Of a stretch of DNA of 64,000 bases, positions 26,450-39,463 are shown piece by piece. The notes under the pieces are model-generated. The model did not search any database, was not told the origin of the DNA, and saw nothing but the letters and a program-made list of their open reading frames with translations. The stretch lies in assembly GCA_905178155.1 (NCBI GenBank), contig CAJINV010000003.1, forward strand, positions 9,431,979-9,495,978. The letters are read 5' to 3'. The translations under genes were made by a program, and so were the position numbers. How positions within the stretch are numbered: the stretch's first letter is position 1; every line of letters begins with the position of its first letter. This stretch comes from Amoebophrya sp. A120 (Eukaryota > Protista > Dinoflagellata).

Positions 26450-28090
26450 AAAGCTCTGAAGCGAAGTCGCTTGATTTTAGTACCGATTTGGATTGACTTC
26501 AAGAATGTTAAGAAAATCAGAAAAAAAGCAGAGAAAAAAACCTGAGGCGTTTCTTTTGCGACGCACAGCAACGATTTTGTGCCGCTTTTGCTAACGTCCA
26601 CAAGCGAGCGGCCCTGCTGCCCTGTTTGTCGCGCGATTATCCCGCAGGGTAGTGCGACTCAAAGTCGATTCTTCGTGTTCTCGAAGTTCGAGAACGCGCA
26701 GAATAGACTTTGCGGTACTTTATTTTGCCGGTGCCCTGAAGAAGCGCTAGGTCCCACCCTGGGGCAGCCGGGCTGCGAGATTCCGGCAGTCGGGTTCCGG
26801 CGGACACCGGGCTATCAGATTCGAGCGGGCAGTGCTGACACGATCGATTTTGTGAGTACCCGGAGGCGCTGACAGATTCCATGTTTCCGCGCAGTGCGGG
26901 TCTCGACGAAGATGCCCGACCCTCGGGTGAGGTCACAAAGTCCGGGCGTGGTTACAAAATCAATTTTGCAACGACACAAAAGCCGGCAAAAGCTGCAAAA
27001 TTCATTGCGCGGGGCGAAGTCGCAAAGAATGGGCCCCTGCCTGGCTTTGTGCCGTTGCGCCGGATGCGTCGCACGCTACAGGCTCAGGGATGATCGCTAA
27101 AGCCAGAACTTGAGCCCCGACCTAGTTCCGTGCCCTCGCCGTGTGCGCCCAGCACAGCAACCAAAGAAAAGCAGCCAAGGTTGTGGATTCATATCGGGGC
27201 CAACGCTCTGAAAAGTCGCGAACGCCCCACAGGCAACGCGTTCCGAGCTCCGCAGAGATATGAAAGCTCGGTGTCCGGCGGGCGCCGAGATTTTAGAGCA
27301 CAAAATCGGCTGCGTGAACATCCGGCCGCCTTCAGCAATCCGGCGCGACCAGGACAATCATGCTGCTCGCATGCGCCGCACGGTGCCAACAGGATTGATT
27401 TTGTGCTCGCCTCCGGAGCGGTGCCTGCGAAAGCGATTTTGTGGCGTCCCGCGGGAACAAAATCAAGCGAAGCCGGAGTTCGATTTTGCACTCGGCTTCC
27501 GGCAGCCGCCGGGCAGTTAGAGCGCAAGATCGAATTTGTGAGCATTCCCCTCGCGGGCCGGGGGACTTTCATCTGGTCGCGGACGCCGCACGTTGCCTAC
27601 AAAAGCGATTTAGCGACGCCGATTTGCCTCTCGCGAGGCGCGCAAAACTGGGTTTGTCGTTCGCGAGGCGCGCAAAGTCGATCGTGCAGGCGGCGCTCTG
27701 TGCACGGTGCCGGTAAAAGCAAGTGTGCGGCCTCGGAAACGCGCCAAGGTGCCCGTTGGCACAAAAGTGGGAAATCCAGCAAGCCGATTCTAGAGAATCG
27801 ATTTTGCAGATGATCCGGGATTCCGGATTTTCGGAAGACTCCGGATTTTTCACAAAATCGGCTTTCTGGATTTCCAGAAATCCCGGATTTTATGGATTTC
27901 CCAGATTTTCCGAAAAGGTATGTTTTCCGGAAAAGTCCTGACTTCAGGGGTTTTCCACAAAATCGATTTTTCTATCACCGGAAAAATCGAAGAAGAATCC
28001 CGGGAACTCCGGGAAGTCCGAGACTCCAAGAATTCCGGAGATCCAAATCTGGCGAAATCTGTGTTCCGCGAAATCGCTTTTGTGTGCGTC
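26450..28090. repeat. Region of dispersed degenerate palindromic motifs (CAAAATCGATTTTG; CCGGATTTT/AAATCCGG)
   Basis: Repeated cgattttg / caaaatc / aagtcg motifs, dense from 27770. Confidence 0.65.
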
Positions 28091-28319
28091 TATTGCTCCA
28101 TAATTCCAAACCGGAGGAATAGCAATTGCCGATAGCAATTACGGACACTTACGGACACACAAACTGGGTAAAGATTCCCCATTTTTCAGACATCCAGCAA
28201 AAAACATCCCTCGACACCCAGCCAAAAAATGCGCGGGCAAATCGGGAACAAAGGAAACCGGGAAGCGGGGGAAATGGCGAAAAGGGGAAAGCGGGAGGCA
28301 CGGGGAAGGCTTGGAGCAT

Positions 28320-28612
28320 GGGGAATGCGGGAAGCGCGGGGAAGGCGGGGAGCGCGGGGAAAGCGGGAAGCGCGGGGAAGGCGGGAAGCATTGGGAAGGC
28401 GGGAAGCACTGGGAAGGCGGGAAGCATCAGGAAGGCGGGAAGCACAGGGAAGGCGGGAAGCACGGAGAAGGCGGGAAGCACGGGGAGGGCGGGGGGGCAC
28501 GGGGAAGGCGGGAAGCACGGGGAAGGTGGGAAGCACGGGGAAGGCGGGCAGCGCGGGGAAGGCGGGCCGCGCGGGGAAGGCGGGCGGGGAGCGGGAGGGG
28601 GGCACGGGGAAA
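28320..28612. repeat. G-rich 18-bp tandem repeat (gcgggaagcacggggaag)
   Basis: About 15 units. Confidence 0.93.
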
Positions 28613-30492
28613 ACGGCTTGTGAAAAGCTGGCGCAGTGGGGCGGCCGGGGGGAGCGGGAAGGGAGGCCCGGGAAAGCGGGGGGCGGCGAAAGCGGAAACG
28701 GGAAAGCCGCCAGGCACCCGGGCCCCAGAATATATATAGATTGCCAAGCACCACGCGAGCAGTTGCCCACCACCCTTCCCCGGCGCCCCCGTCTATTCGC
28801 GGGGAAGAGCGCGCCGCCGGCCGCCGCCTTGCTGTAGGAAGCAAGCCGCGCGGGCGAGGGGGGGGCGACAGACGTTGCAAGCGAACACGCGGGGCGCCGC
28901 TGTTGCCCGCAGGTGGATGGGGGGAAGGATGGTGGGCCCCCGGCACCCGAGGAACGATCGGGCTCCCCCCGCCGTCCGTCTGTCCACGCGGAAGGGCCCT
29001 CCGCGCGTTGTGTTGTGAAACAAAGGCCGCGCGCGCGAGACGGCAGGCCGGGGGCAGGCGAACAGGCAGGCGGCTGCCCATGCGGGAGTGCGCGGGGGGG
29101 AGCCGATGGGCGCACAGCAATGGAGGCGCGCGAGAGTGGGCCCACAGGCAATCTGCACGAGCCGGCCGTGCGACAGGCGCGGAGGGCTTCGCGCGCCAAC
29201 GCCTCGCATGGCGCGGGCTGTTTTCTTGCTTTCTTACGCTCTTCGCCCTGCCGGCGCTCCACTATTGTCAAGCTTCTCCGCGTTGGGCTATAGGCCTGCC
29301 ACCTCGCAGGCGGGCGCGAACTGCGAGCGAGGTCGGCACGAAACGACGGGAACAACAGGCGCCATGGCGCCCCGCCAAGGTTCTCTCAGGAAGAAGTGGC
29401 GCCGGTGCTTGGCCCCGCCCTGCCTCAAAATTTCCCTCCTTACCCACCCTCTAGCCTTTTTCTTCCCCCCCTGATTGTCCACGCGTTTGCCCTCCCATTG
29501 CGCGACATAAGCTGCGGCCTTGTAGAGAGCAAACTAGGGGCGTGATTTGAAGGGGCGAATTGGAGACGGGCGGCAGAGTGAGGAATTAGCGACGGATCTT
29601 AGAGGCCAACTGTAGAGCCCAGCTCATCTACCTAGGGGGCAACACTAGAGACGGACATTAGAGACGGGGGCGAAAGGCCGGGCTTTAGAAGGTTGCGGCG
29701 GGCGCCGAGTTGCTTGGAGTTTCGTTGTCTGAGATGGCCCTCGCGGGTTTCCTTGCCTCTACACCAGGAGCCCTCTAACCAGTCAGAGAAGTGAGCAGAT
29801 GGACGAGGGGGCCGGAGGCTGTCTCACTCTACCATCCAGCTAGATACAGTCTCCTTTGGGAGTCCAACCGGCAGCAACAACAAGCAGAAAGCGCGGGGTG
29901 AGCTCCGTAGCCCTAGCTAGAGGACCTGCAGCGCACAGGCCCGCGCTAGGAAGTAGGGTAGCACTGTTGGCCTTGGCCCCATAGTAGCACTTAGCGTGGG
30001 CGATTTGCGGGCGATTTTCCAGAATATTGGGTTCGTCGCCCGAGTGGTAGTGTTTAGCATGGCCCATTCTGGCTACCCACAGCACTGGCTGCACCACGTG
30101 GGTAGGGGCTTCCTTCGGACGTGCAGCAGCGCACTGGGAGGTTGGTGCAGTGGTCTGTGGCGAGCTCCCGCCCTGGCAAGGCTCGGCAGCATTCCCGGTG
30201 TGGATGGCAAGCACAGGAAGAGTTGGCCAGTGCCGGGCGAATCTCTGTGCCAAGGGATTTTTCCTCATCTGTGGAGAATCTCTGTGCCAGAGACTTTCTC
30301 ACACCCACCGAGACGAGCAAGCACGGCCGCAGGAGATTAACAAATCAAAAAAGGCCAAAACACCGCGTCCCTGCTCAACAGCCGTGCCTTCACAAGTTTA
30401 ACAAATAGATATAGAAGTCAAAAGCGCCGGGATTCATTTGCTCAGCATCGTGCTTTTTCGGGAGAATTTCTTTAGATGTCAAGAGAATCTCT

Positions 30493-33400
30493 TTGCGCAA
30501 AAGAGATTCTCCGAGATTTTCTTTGCGGCAAGCATTGCTAACTACTATCGGGTCTGTCCATTCGGAACTTCTTCCGCATCGGAAGCAGCATATCCTTGTT
30601 CGGCACCAGCCAGCGCGCAAGCATTCTCTCCGTGATCGACACCACGCATTCCGGTTCGTGTCTGGCCACCCGCGAATACGTCCGACTCGGCAGCGCCGTG
30701 GCCTTCTTGGGCGCCGGGCTTATGGGCGCGCGGCTATAAAAAGTCCGTCCCAGAAATCTCTACCATTTGATGTCAGCGCTACAGCAGTGGAAGACAAATT
30801 TGACCGCATGTTCGTGCTCGTTCTGTCCGCACGGGAAAACTTTGCGCAAAGGAAAGTGATGCGCGCGACATGGTTGAAGCCGAAGCCGAACTGGATTAAG
30901 AGCGAAGGAAGCAATGCTGGAAGTCGCAGAATGTGGGCGCAGTTTCTTGTTGGCGCACAGGGTTGCGAAATTCCAATTGCCGAGAGGACCGCTGGGGACT
31001 TGGCCGTTGGAGGCTACTGCACGCTTCGCAAAGAAGAACACAGTGGCGCTTCTCGCGTTTCTGATCGCACTTCTGGCCTTGAGGGCAACAGCAGAACTGC
31101 AGAACAAGAGTGGCTGGCGCAGCGCGAAAAGGAGAAACAGCTTACCGCATCGCTCCAGCAAGAGAAGAACGACTATGGCGACATAGCCCTCCTTCCGCTG
31201 GTGGACGTGTACCATAACAGCTCGTTGAAAATGAAGCTTGGCTTAAAATGGGTCACCTCGCAAGACTTTTCCGAAGGGTTGCAGTGGATTGTGAAGGTTG
31301 ATGACGACACGTACTTAAGGCCTTTTGCGTTACTGCGGTTTCTTTTTCCGCAAATGAGTGACGAGTTCCCAACGAAGGGGCTCGATCCCAAATCTGAAAA
31401 AATTTTGCTTGGAGATCTTTTTCCGCACAGCCTGGTCCAGCGTGATCGGAAGACGACAAAGAACTCAGAGAATAACTATCCCCACACCTACTAGTCGCAA
31501 GCTGCCCTTGACTCACTCCGCACTAGAAACCAAAAGCAACACACAACAACGACCAGGCAGGCACCCCGCCAATCGCTCAGGAAGGCGACGGCCCCATCGA
31601 CACAGGCACAGCCGGGCCTCTAATGTTCTGGCCCTAGCTTCAAGCTCAAGCGCCCCGCCTTTCTTAACCTTCAGCGGAAATTCCCTAGCCTCTAGCGGCC
31701 TTCCTAGCCCTAGTCTCTAGCGGCCCACCTCTTTCCCCCCTTGGCTCCGCCCCGGCCCCCCGCGGCCTAGTCCTAGCCACTAGGGGGCCCGCCCTAGCCA
31801 CGAGCGGCCTAGCCCACCCTGGCCTCCAGCGGCCTAGCCCGAGCCCCAATAGGCTTAGCCCCAGTCCCTAGTGGTCTAGCCGTGAACTCTAGTAGCGGCC
31901 CTGCCGTGGTCTCTACGCGGCGGCCCCGAAGCCCTTGGCCTCCGCAGCCTAGGCCCTAGCGGCCCAGCCCTAGCGGCCCAGCCCTAGCGGCCCAGCCCTA
32001 GCGGCCGGCCCAGCCCTAGCGGCCGGCCCAGCCCTAGCGGCCGGCCCAGCCCTAGCGGCCTGCCCAGCCCTAGCGGCCTGCCCAGCCCTAGCGGCCTGCC
32101 TAGCCCTCGCGGCCTGCCTAGCCCTAGCGGCCCGCCTCGCCCTAGCGGCCCGCCTCGCCCTAGCGGCCTACCTAGCCCTAGCGGCCTACCTAGCCCTAGC
32201 GGCCTAGCCCTAGCTGCCTAGCCCCAGCGTCCAGCGGCCTAGCCCTAGCGGCCCAGCGTCCAGCGGCCGGGCCCTAGCTCCTAGGCCAGCGGCCGGGCCC
32301 TAGCTCCTAGGCCAGCGGCCGTGCCCTAGCTCCTAGGCCAGTGGCCGGGCCCTAGGTAGCTCCGGGGGTAGCGGCCCGCCTAGGCCCTAGCGGCCTAGCC
32401 TCCAGCGGCCCCGCCCTAGCCTCCAGCGGCCCCGCCCTAGCTCCCCGGCTAGCGCCCTAGCGATGGCCCCTAGCGGCCTTGCCAGCCCTAGCCTCTAGCA
32501 GCCGCACAAGCCTCAGCCTCCCTCTAGCGGCCTCACAGGCCCTAGGCTCGAGCCGGCCCAGCCTGCCCTAAACCCTAGCGGCCCCGCCAGCCCTAGCCCC
32601 ACCCTAGCGGCCCCGCCAGCCCTAGCCCCTAGCGGCCTCGTCAGCTTTAGCCCCTAGCGGCCTCGCCAGCCGTAGCCTCTAGCGGCCCCGCCGGCCCTAA
32701 CCTCTAGTGGCCTAGCCGGCCCTAGCCCTAGCGACTTAGCCTGCCCTAGCCCCGGGAGGCCTGGCCAGCCCTAGCCCCGGGCCTGGCCTGCCCTCGCCCG
32801 CCCCCGTCTGCCCTCCCCTGCCCTCCCCTGCCCTCCCCTGCCCTGCCCTCCCCTGCCCTCCCCTGCCCCCCCCCTGCCCTCCCCTGCCCCCNCCTGCCCT
32901 CCCCTGCCCTCCCCTGCCCTCCCCTGCCCTCCCCTGCCCTCCCCTGCCCTCCCCTGCCCTCCCCTGCCCTCCCCTGCCCTCCCCTGCCCTCCCCTGCCCT
33001 CCCCTGCCCTCCCCTGCCCTCCCCTGCCCTCCCCTGCCCTCCCCTGCCCTCCCCTGCCCTCCCCTGCCCTCCCCTGCCCCCCCCTGCCCTCCCCTGCTCT
33101 CCCCTGCCCTACCCTGCCCTGCCCTGCCCTAGCGGCATGGACGGCCAGCAGCCCTAGCCCCTAGAGGCCAAGCCAGCCCCAGCCCCTAGCGGCCTAGCCG
33201 GCCCGAGCCTGCCCTTAGCGGCCTAGCCGGCCCGAGCCCCAGCGGCCTAGCCGGCCCGAGTCCCTGGCGCGCGGCCTCGCCAGCCCTAGTCCCTAGCGGC
33301 CTAGCCAGCCCGGGCCCCTAGCGGCCTGGCCAGCCCTGGTCCGTCCGCCCCTACCGGCCAAGCCAGCCCTAGCGTCTCGCGGCCTGGCCAGCCCTGGTCC

Positions 33401-36400
33401 GCCCCTAGCGGCCAAGCCAGCCCTAGCCTCTAGCGGCCTAGCCAGGCGGCCCTAGCCTGTAGCGGCCTAGCCAGGCAGCCCTAGCCTCTAGCGGCCTAGC
33501 CAGGCAGCCCTAGCCCCGAGCTACCCTGCCTGGGGGACCCGGAGGCCGGAGGTTTCGGGGACCAGCCTCGGGACCCGGAGGGCGGAGGTCGCGCGGACCT
33601 CGGGGCCCGGAGGTAGAAGGCTTCGGCGGCCTCGCGACCCGGGGTTCCTTCGGGGACCTCGGGACCCGGGGGTCCATCGGAGGTTTCGGGGACGGACCGC
33701 GGAGCCCGGAGCCCGCAGGTCGCGCGGACCTCGGGGCCCGCAGGTCAGGGCTTCCGGGGACCTGCTTCGGGACCCGGGGGGCGGAGGTTTCGGAGACCTC
33801 GGGGCCTTGGGGTCGGAAGTTTCCTTAGGGGACCTTGGGGGCCGAACGGCGGAGGTTTCGGGGGCCGTGGAACCCGAAGCGCGGGGTTTTCGGGGACCTC
33901 GGGAACCGGAGATCGAAGGTTTCCGGGGCCTCGGGGCCCGGGGGGCGGAGGTTTCGGGGGTCGCGGGGCCCGGAGGTCCTCCGGAGGTTTCGGGGGCCGC
34001 GCGACCCGGGGTCGAAGGTTTCCTCTCGGGGGCCGCGGGGCCCGAAGGTCGGAGGTTTCGAAGGTCGCGGCGGTTTTGGTCGGGGGGTTTCCGGGGTCGA
34101 GGCTCGAGGTCGCGGGAGTTTTTGCTGGAGGTTTCGGGCGGTGAGCGTTATAGTTTTTTGCTCTATAGTTGCCATTATCCTCCTTTCCCCAGTGGGGGTT
34201 CCGGCGAAGTTTTCTCTTGGAAGTTTGCCAAGGATGTTGCTGACCATGAAGCAAAGCTGTTCAACTACGCATGTGAGGACGCTGCCTTAGGAATTTGGGC
34301 GGCAGAACAATTATCAGGCGTTCGCATGGTTACAACTCGACCAAAAGGCGACGACACGCAGGCGTGGCGCTGGTTGATAAACGCTCGACGTGTTGAATCG
34401 GGTATGGTGGGGGCGAGAGGCATGTATGAGTTTTGCGATGTATGAGCCTCATACATCGCAAAACTCATACATCATACATCGAAGATTTGAGGAGAACGCG
34501 ACGGCTTCCGTGTACGATGTATAATGTGCCGTACATGGTCCAGTGTATGATGTGCGATGTATGATGCATTGATGTATCACACATTGCAAATTGGATACAT
34601 CAATGCACGATGTATGATACATCGTGCATTGATGTATCATACTTACATTGTACATCAATGCACGATGTATGATACATCGTACATTGATGTATCATACATT
34701 GCAAATTGGATACATCAATGTACGATGTATGACACATCATACGTTGATGTGTCACACATTGCAAATTGGATACATCAATGCGCGATGTATGATACATTGA
34801 TGTATCATACATCATACATTGATGTTTCATACATTGTACATGGATGTGTCACATTGTACATTGATGTATCATACATGGCACATCATACATCGTACGTCAT
34901 ACAGATACATCGTTACGTCATACATGGCGCATCATACATGGTACGTCATACATGGCACGTCATACATGATGCATTGGTTGGATGTGTGGCGCTGCTTGCT
35001 TGGTGTTTGGTGCTGCTGCTTGATGCTGCTGCTGGCTTGCTGGTGGTTTGCTTGCTTGCTGGTTGGTTGTCAAAGCTGGCTGCTTTTTTGCTGGTTGGGT
35101 AGCATTCGTGGCTGCTTTTTTGCTGGTTGGTTGTTTTGCTTGTTTGGTTGTCAAAACGCCGGAACGACAACCGCTCGCGACAAGACCCGCCGACCCCACC
35201 CGCGCCTAAGGCTGCGTCACGATGAGGGTGAGGTACGTCGCGGGTGGTAGTGTGGGGGCCAAAAATGTCCTGCATGCGTGTCCTCCACGCGGGCGGCCCC
35301 TGGGTGTGTCACACTAGCGGCCTTTCCTGGCGCAGAGTGCACAGCGAACGACTAGGATGGGGCCGGTGCCAGAAGCGTGTGCGGCTGTGCAGGGCTTCAG
35401 CACATGACATGCGGCGCCCGCCCCTCTCCACCAGGTCGATGCATGCAGGTGAATCGTTCCGACGATTGAAACGACGTGCCACGATCATGTCTACCCTAGG
35501 ACAGTGGATTCGATCTGCAGAAAGATACCGAAACTCAGCACACCAGCAGGGGCGCGAGACAACCAAACCACCAACCAGCAAAAAAAGCACTTTGAGGATT
35601 CTTGTGGTGTATCCGCGAAATTTCAAAATTTTATTTTTATTGATTTGCAAAATCCGCGAAATTTCAAAATTTTATTTTTATTGATTTGCAAAATCCGCGA
35701 AATTTCCTTTTTTTATTTTTATTGCCTAGGGAAATTTACAGCAAACCAGCAAGCAAGCAGTGCACCAAGCAGCACCACACAACCAACCAAACCACCAGAC
35801 CACACTACACCATACCCCATGTATGATGTGCCATGTATGATGTGCCATGTATGATGTGCCATGTATGATGTACCATGTATGATGTACCATGTATGATGTA
35901 TGATGTATGATGTACCTCAAGCACAGAAGTTGCGATGTGTGATGTATGATGTATGATGTATGATGTACCTCAAGCGCAGAATTTGCGATGTATGATGTAT
36001 GATGTACGAGGTACCTACCGCGCAGAATTTGCGATGTGTGATGTATGATGTAGGAGGTACATACATCGCAGAATTTGCGATGTATGATGTATGATGTATG
36101 ATGTACAATGTTCGAAAGGTCGTTCTCCTCAAATCTTCGATGTATGATGTATGAGTTTTGCGATGTATGAGGCTCATACATCGCAAAACTCATACATGCC
36201 TCTCGCCCCCACCATATTGGGTGAATCCGGCGACATCGACAAAGCTTGCATGGACCCGGAGGCAATAATTATTGGCGACCTGACGCCCGAGCAAATCCGG
36301 GCCTGCGCTGAAAACGACGCAAGAAAAGGACGCGTTGGGCCCGACGGTTGGTGCACCGACATACAGCCTGCGAGGCTGGCTACAAATCCTGCAGTCCCGA

Positions 36401-36468
36401 TGCAGCAGCTGCGTTCCTTCGACAGAATGCAACTCATGCATGATGGACCGGCGGGTCGAATGCGCTGA
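30493..36468 (+). CDS. Glycosyltransferase family 31 (beta-1,3-galactosyltransferase-like). Exons (5' end unresolved)-31493, ~34178-34401, ~36221-36468.
   Basis: Motifs FVLVLSARENFAQRKVMRATW, LQQEKNDYGDIALL, DVYHNSSLK and WIVKVDDDTY (DxD). After intron 1: YPPFPSGGSGEVFS and EDAALGIW. After intron 2: AIIIGDLTPEQI. Confidence 0.88.
31680..33530. repeat. CCCTAGCGG(C)-based GC-rich satellite
   Basis: Many degenerate copies of gccctagcggcc. Confidence 0.95.
32811..33125. repeat. (CCCTCCCCTG)n 10-bp tandem repeat nested in the CCCTAG satellite
   Basis: About 30 near-identical units; contains one N. Confidence 0.97.
33535..34140. repeat. GGAGGTTTCGGGG(ACCTC)-type degenerate minisatellite
   Basis: Recurrent ggaggtttcgggg / cggggcccgg units. 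Confidence 0.9.
34403..36216. mobile_element. Fold-back element forming intron 2 of the GT31 gene
   Basis: Perfect 96-bp TIR (34403-34498 / 36121-36216). Direct repeat GGGT at 34400-34403 / 36219-36222. Internal inverted (TGTATGA)n and GCTTGCTGG/CCAGCAAGC arrays. Excision gives in-frame VESG-ESGDIDK. Confidence 0.92.
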
Positions 36469-38439
36469 CCGTGACGCTGCAAGAAATTGCGAATCTGACA
36501 GACGGCGCCAACGCACAAGAAGAGGGTCTCTCATGCGCCATCAGGCGTTTGCCATCGACCCGGGAAATCCTGCTGCATGATATCAGGAGACACGGCGTTG
36601 CATCTTCGAGCGCAGGGCTGTCCACCCTGGTGCGAGTTTTTTTAACGACGATATGCTGAAAGGGTGCTCAGCGAAGATCACCTAACCTCCGACCACTTCT
36701 GAAACCAGGAACAGCAGCTTTGGATGGTGGTCAAAAATATATAATGTCTTGAGAAGATTCGGTCCGGTATTTGGGCGTCTCACATCAACTAGGGATAGCG
36801 CCGAATCCCTGTGCGCTGAATCTCTCTTATTGCGCTCGTGAATATCGTCCTGCTCCTCCTGCTTATAAATTTTTTATAAATGTGTTGACTTTATTGTGTT
36901 TCTTCTTCTTGTCTTTGTGTTTAATAGACCTTTTTTTACTCTTTCCTTCAAAAGCGAAAGGAGCAAGTTCTGACAAATGTCGAACGATTGAGAATAAAGC
37001 GAGCTCTTCGTAGGTTGCTTTCGTTTAGCTATAGCCTGTAGCGAGCTCTTCGTAGTTTTTTTGGAACAGCTCTGACGCTTTCTGGCACCTCCGGAATCCC
37101 GGACGTGATCACTTCTGTCACCCTGCGAAACGCAGGCCCCCCAAGAAGCAGACCATGACAGAGAGGTCGCCGCCTACAACTACAAGCGGCGCGCGCTACA
37201 GCCATTCGCGCGAGACCCTTGCCCCCCCGTCCTCCGACCGTTCTGGCTTTGCGCATACGGGTCCACTCTCTCTTCCTCTTTTTTCATCGTGGGAACAACA
37301 GTTCTCCTCTTCACAAAAACATAACAGAAGGCGAGTTTCTCAATTACAAGAGTGTGGAGACACACCGCCGAGCGTGGAGCCTCTGGCGCCTTTTCTTCAT
37401 GGCGCCTTTTCTTAATGCAGGGTTTCCGGATGCTCAAGCCCCTAGGTCTTCGCCCTGCTGCTTCATTCTCGTGCGGCATGATGCGCAGGGCGATGACGTT
37501 ATTACTTTGATGACTCAGTCGCCTGACCCTGACCCTGAGTGATACTTAGCGGTAGGCGGTGGAACAAGATGTCAACTTACCCATGTGGAAGATGGGCTCG
37601 GCCAGTGCAATTCTTGTTTTTGGTGCGATCCTTGTGTCTCTATCTGCAGTCGAGCGAGCTTGCTGTGCGCAGAAGTTTTCGCTGACTTTTGGATCGCGCT
37701 CGGTTACGACATTCGGCTTGGTCCGGCGAGATTTTTTCAGGCGTCGGCCTCGCTATCAGCTGCAGACGCACACACGAAATCGGGTGCTGTTCTGGTCTGT
37801 TGTCAATCTCAACGCACCTACGACTCTAATTTCGCAAAATGGTTTCTCCGAAAGTCTACGACTCTGGCACAGCAAGTGCGTGGAGAACCGAAGGCGCGTC
37901 GTTATTGCCGAGGCCCCGGGACTCGTGAAGAACAGACCCATGCCGCCAGTCCTGTTCCCTGGAATCAAAAGCGCGGCAAAGTGGGTAGGCAGCCTCCCCA
38001 GCTGGCGCTACTTTTGCGCATGCGTCACGTCAGGAGGGTGCCCCGGGAGGGCCGGCGTCCGTTTCTTTGCCGGGCCCGCCGGCTTGGCTCGAGTGCTGCG
38101 CGCAATCCGCCTGGACCAGCCCGGGGACACCGGGGGGGGTCCGCGGTCGCGGAGGATGTGGCTTGCGGGCCTTGAATTGTTTCTGCCTGAGGGCGGGTCG
38201 CGGCCCTGCCGGAATCGGTTGACGCCAACCGGCAGGACCGACCGACCTCGGGAGGCCCGAGAAAATCGAGCTAGTTCATTGCAGCGTCCAGCATCACTGC
38301 GCGACCGCAGCGCGAGGGGGGGCGCGGAGAAGCGCACCAAGCATAGGGGAGGAGCGCCAAACAGGAGGCGTGCGAGTTTTGTTGCTTTGGCTTTGCATTT
38401 GGCGTTTTTAGCTCGCCCCCCGCGGGCCGGGCCTGGTTT

Positions 38440-39172
38440 GTAGTGAGGTCACCGAACGGTTCTAGCCTGGCAGTTTTCTTTACATGAATTGCCAAAAACG
38501 ACCGGTAGTTTTCAAGCCGACAGAGAGTTTTTTTGCATGAAAAAGGTCCCAGCGTGCAAGCCTGTTTGGCTTTGTCATCAACGAATCGCCGGCGGGTTCT
38601 GTCGATCGCCGCTACATAAAACGACGCAAGGGGGCCGTAAAAAGGGGCGCCCTTCTGAGGCGCCCGCCACGTGGGATGCTGGCGATTCATTCGAGGCGCC
38701 CAAAAGGGCGCCCGAAAAAAGCGCGCCCAAAATCAGAATAGCGAAACTGCATGGCCTTAGCGCGATTTCGCACCATTTTGGGCGGCCGCGAAAGCGGCCG
38801 CCTTTTCGCCGGTTTGTAATCGGGGGAAGCTTTGCAGAAAACGCAGACGCGAAAAATAAAAACGCAAAAAAGGAAAAGCGCGCCAGACGCGCGAAGCCAA
38901 TCCGCACGCTATGGGCCCGATTTTTCTTCTGTTTGTGGGTGCCCCCCCGTGGCGCCCGGATCGGCCCCATAGCGTCAGGGCTGGCTTCCGGACAGGAATT
39001 TTGCAAATTTGCCAAAAATCTTCCCCGTTTTTCAAACGGCCGCCATGCTGTGCGGCATAACCTTACCCAAGGCGGCACGGCGGGCCCAGAAAAGGCAAAG
39101 CCTTGGCTGCGGCAACGGTCGGCAAGAAAACGCCACCGACCTCACTACCTCCGCCCCGGCGGCTATTTTTGG
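38440..39172 (+). mobile_element. Same Helentron/Helitron2-like family, full-length copy
   Basis: ttt|GTAGTGAGGTC, shared aaaaggggcgcccttctgaggcgccc, GACCTCACTAC (39138-39148), hairpin 39151-39162, ctattttt. Confidence 0.8.
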
Positions 39173-39463
39173 TAGTTAGGTGAGTAGAAATCGTCCTCGG
39201 ACCAGACGGGCCGGCCGGCAGGCGTCGGTTTGCATGCTGGCCCGAGAGAATGTGGCCGCCATCCCTAAAGCGGAAGAAGGCGCGGCGAATATCGGCGAGC
39301 AGCAAGCGCGTCGCCTTCCCCTTCTTCGGCCTACTTTATATGTTTTTGCCCCTGGCTTTTATCTTTTGTTTGTGGGTGCGCTTAGTTTTGACTTTAAGGT
39401 GAATGCCCGGGGGACTTAGGCCGGATCATCCCCTTCAAGTGAAGAGCATTCCCCTCGAGGGCG

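Larger units (their letters stand above)
31494..34177 (+). other. Intron 1 of the GT31 gene, filled with satellites. Boundary is GT-TA, or GT-AG ending at 34168.
   Basis: The join gives NYPHTY-YPPF, matching the family spacing YPxxxYPP. An alternative acceptor ctctatAG (34168) is also in phase. Confidence 0.75.

Noticed and set aside
28126-29474. Long overlapping ORFs (collagen-like or Pro-rich)
   Set aside because: Products of a GC-rich 18-bp repeat that is open in several frames on both strands.
34449-36265. His/Tyr/Ile-rich ORFs
   Set aside because: Translations of the 7-bp microsatellites inside the fold-back element.
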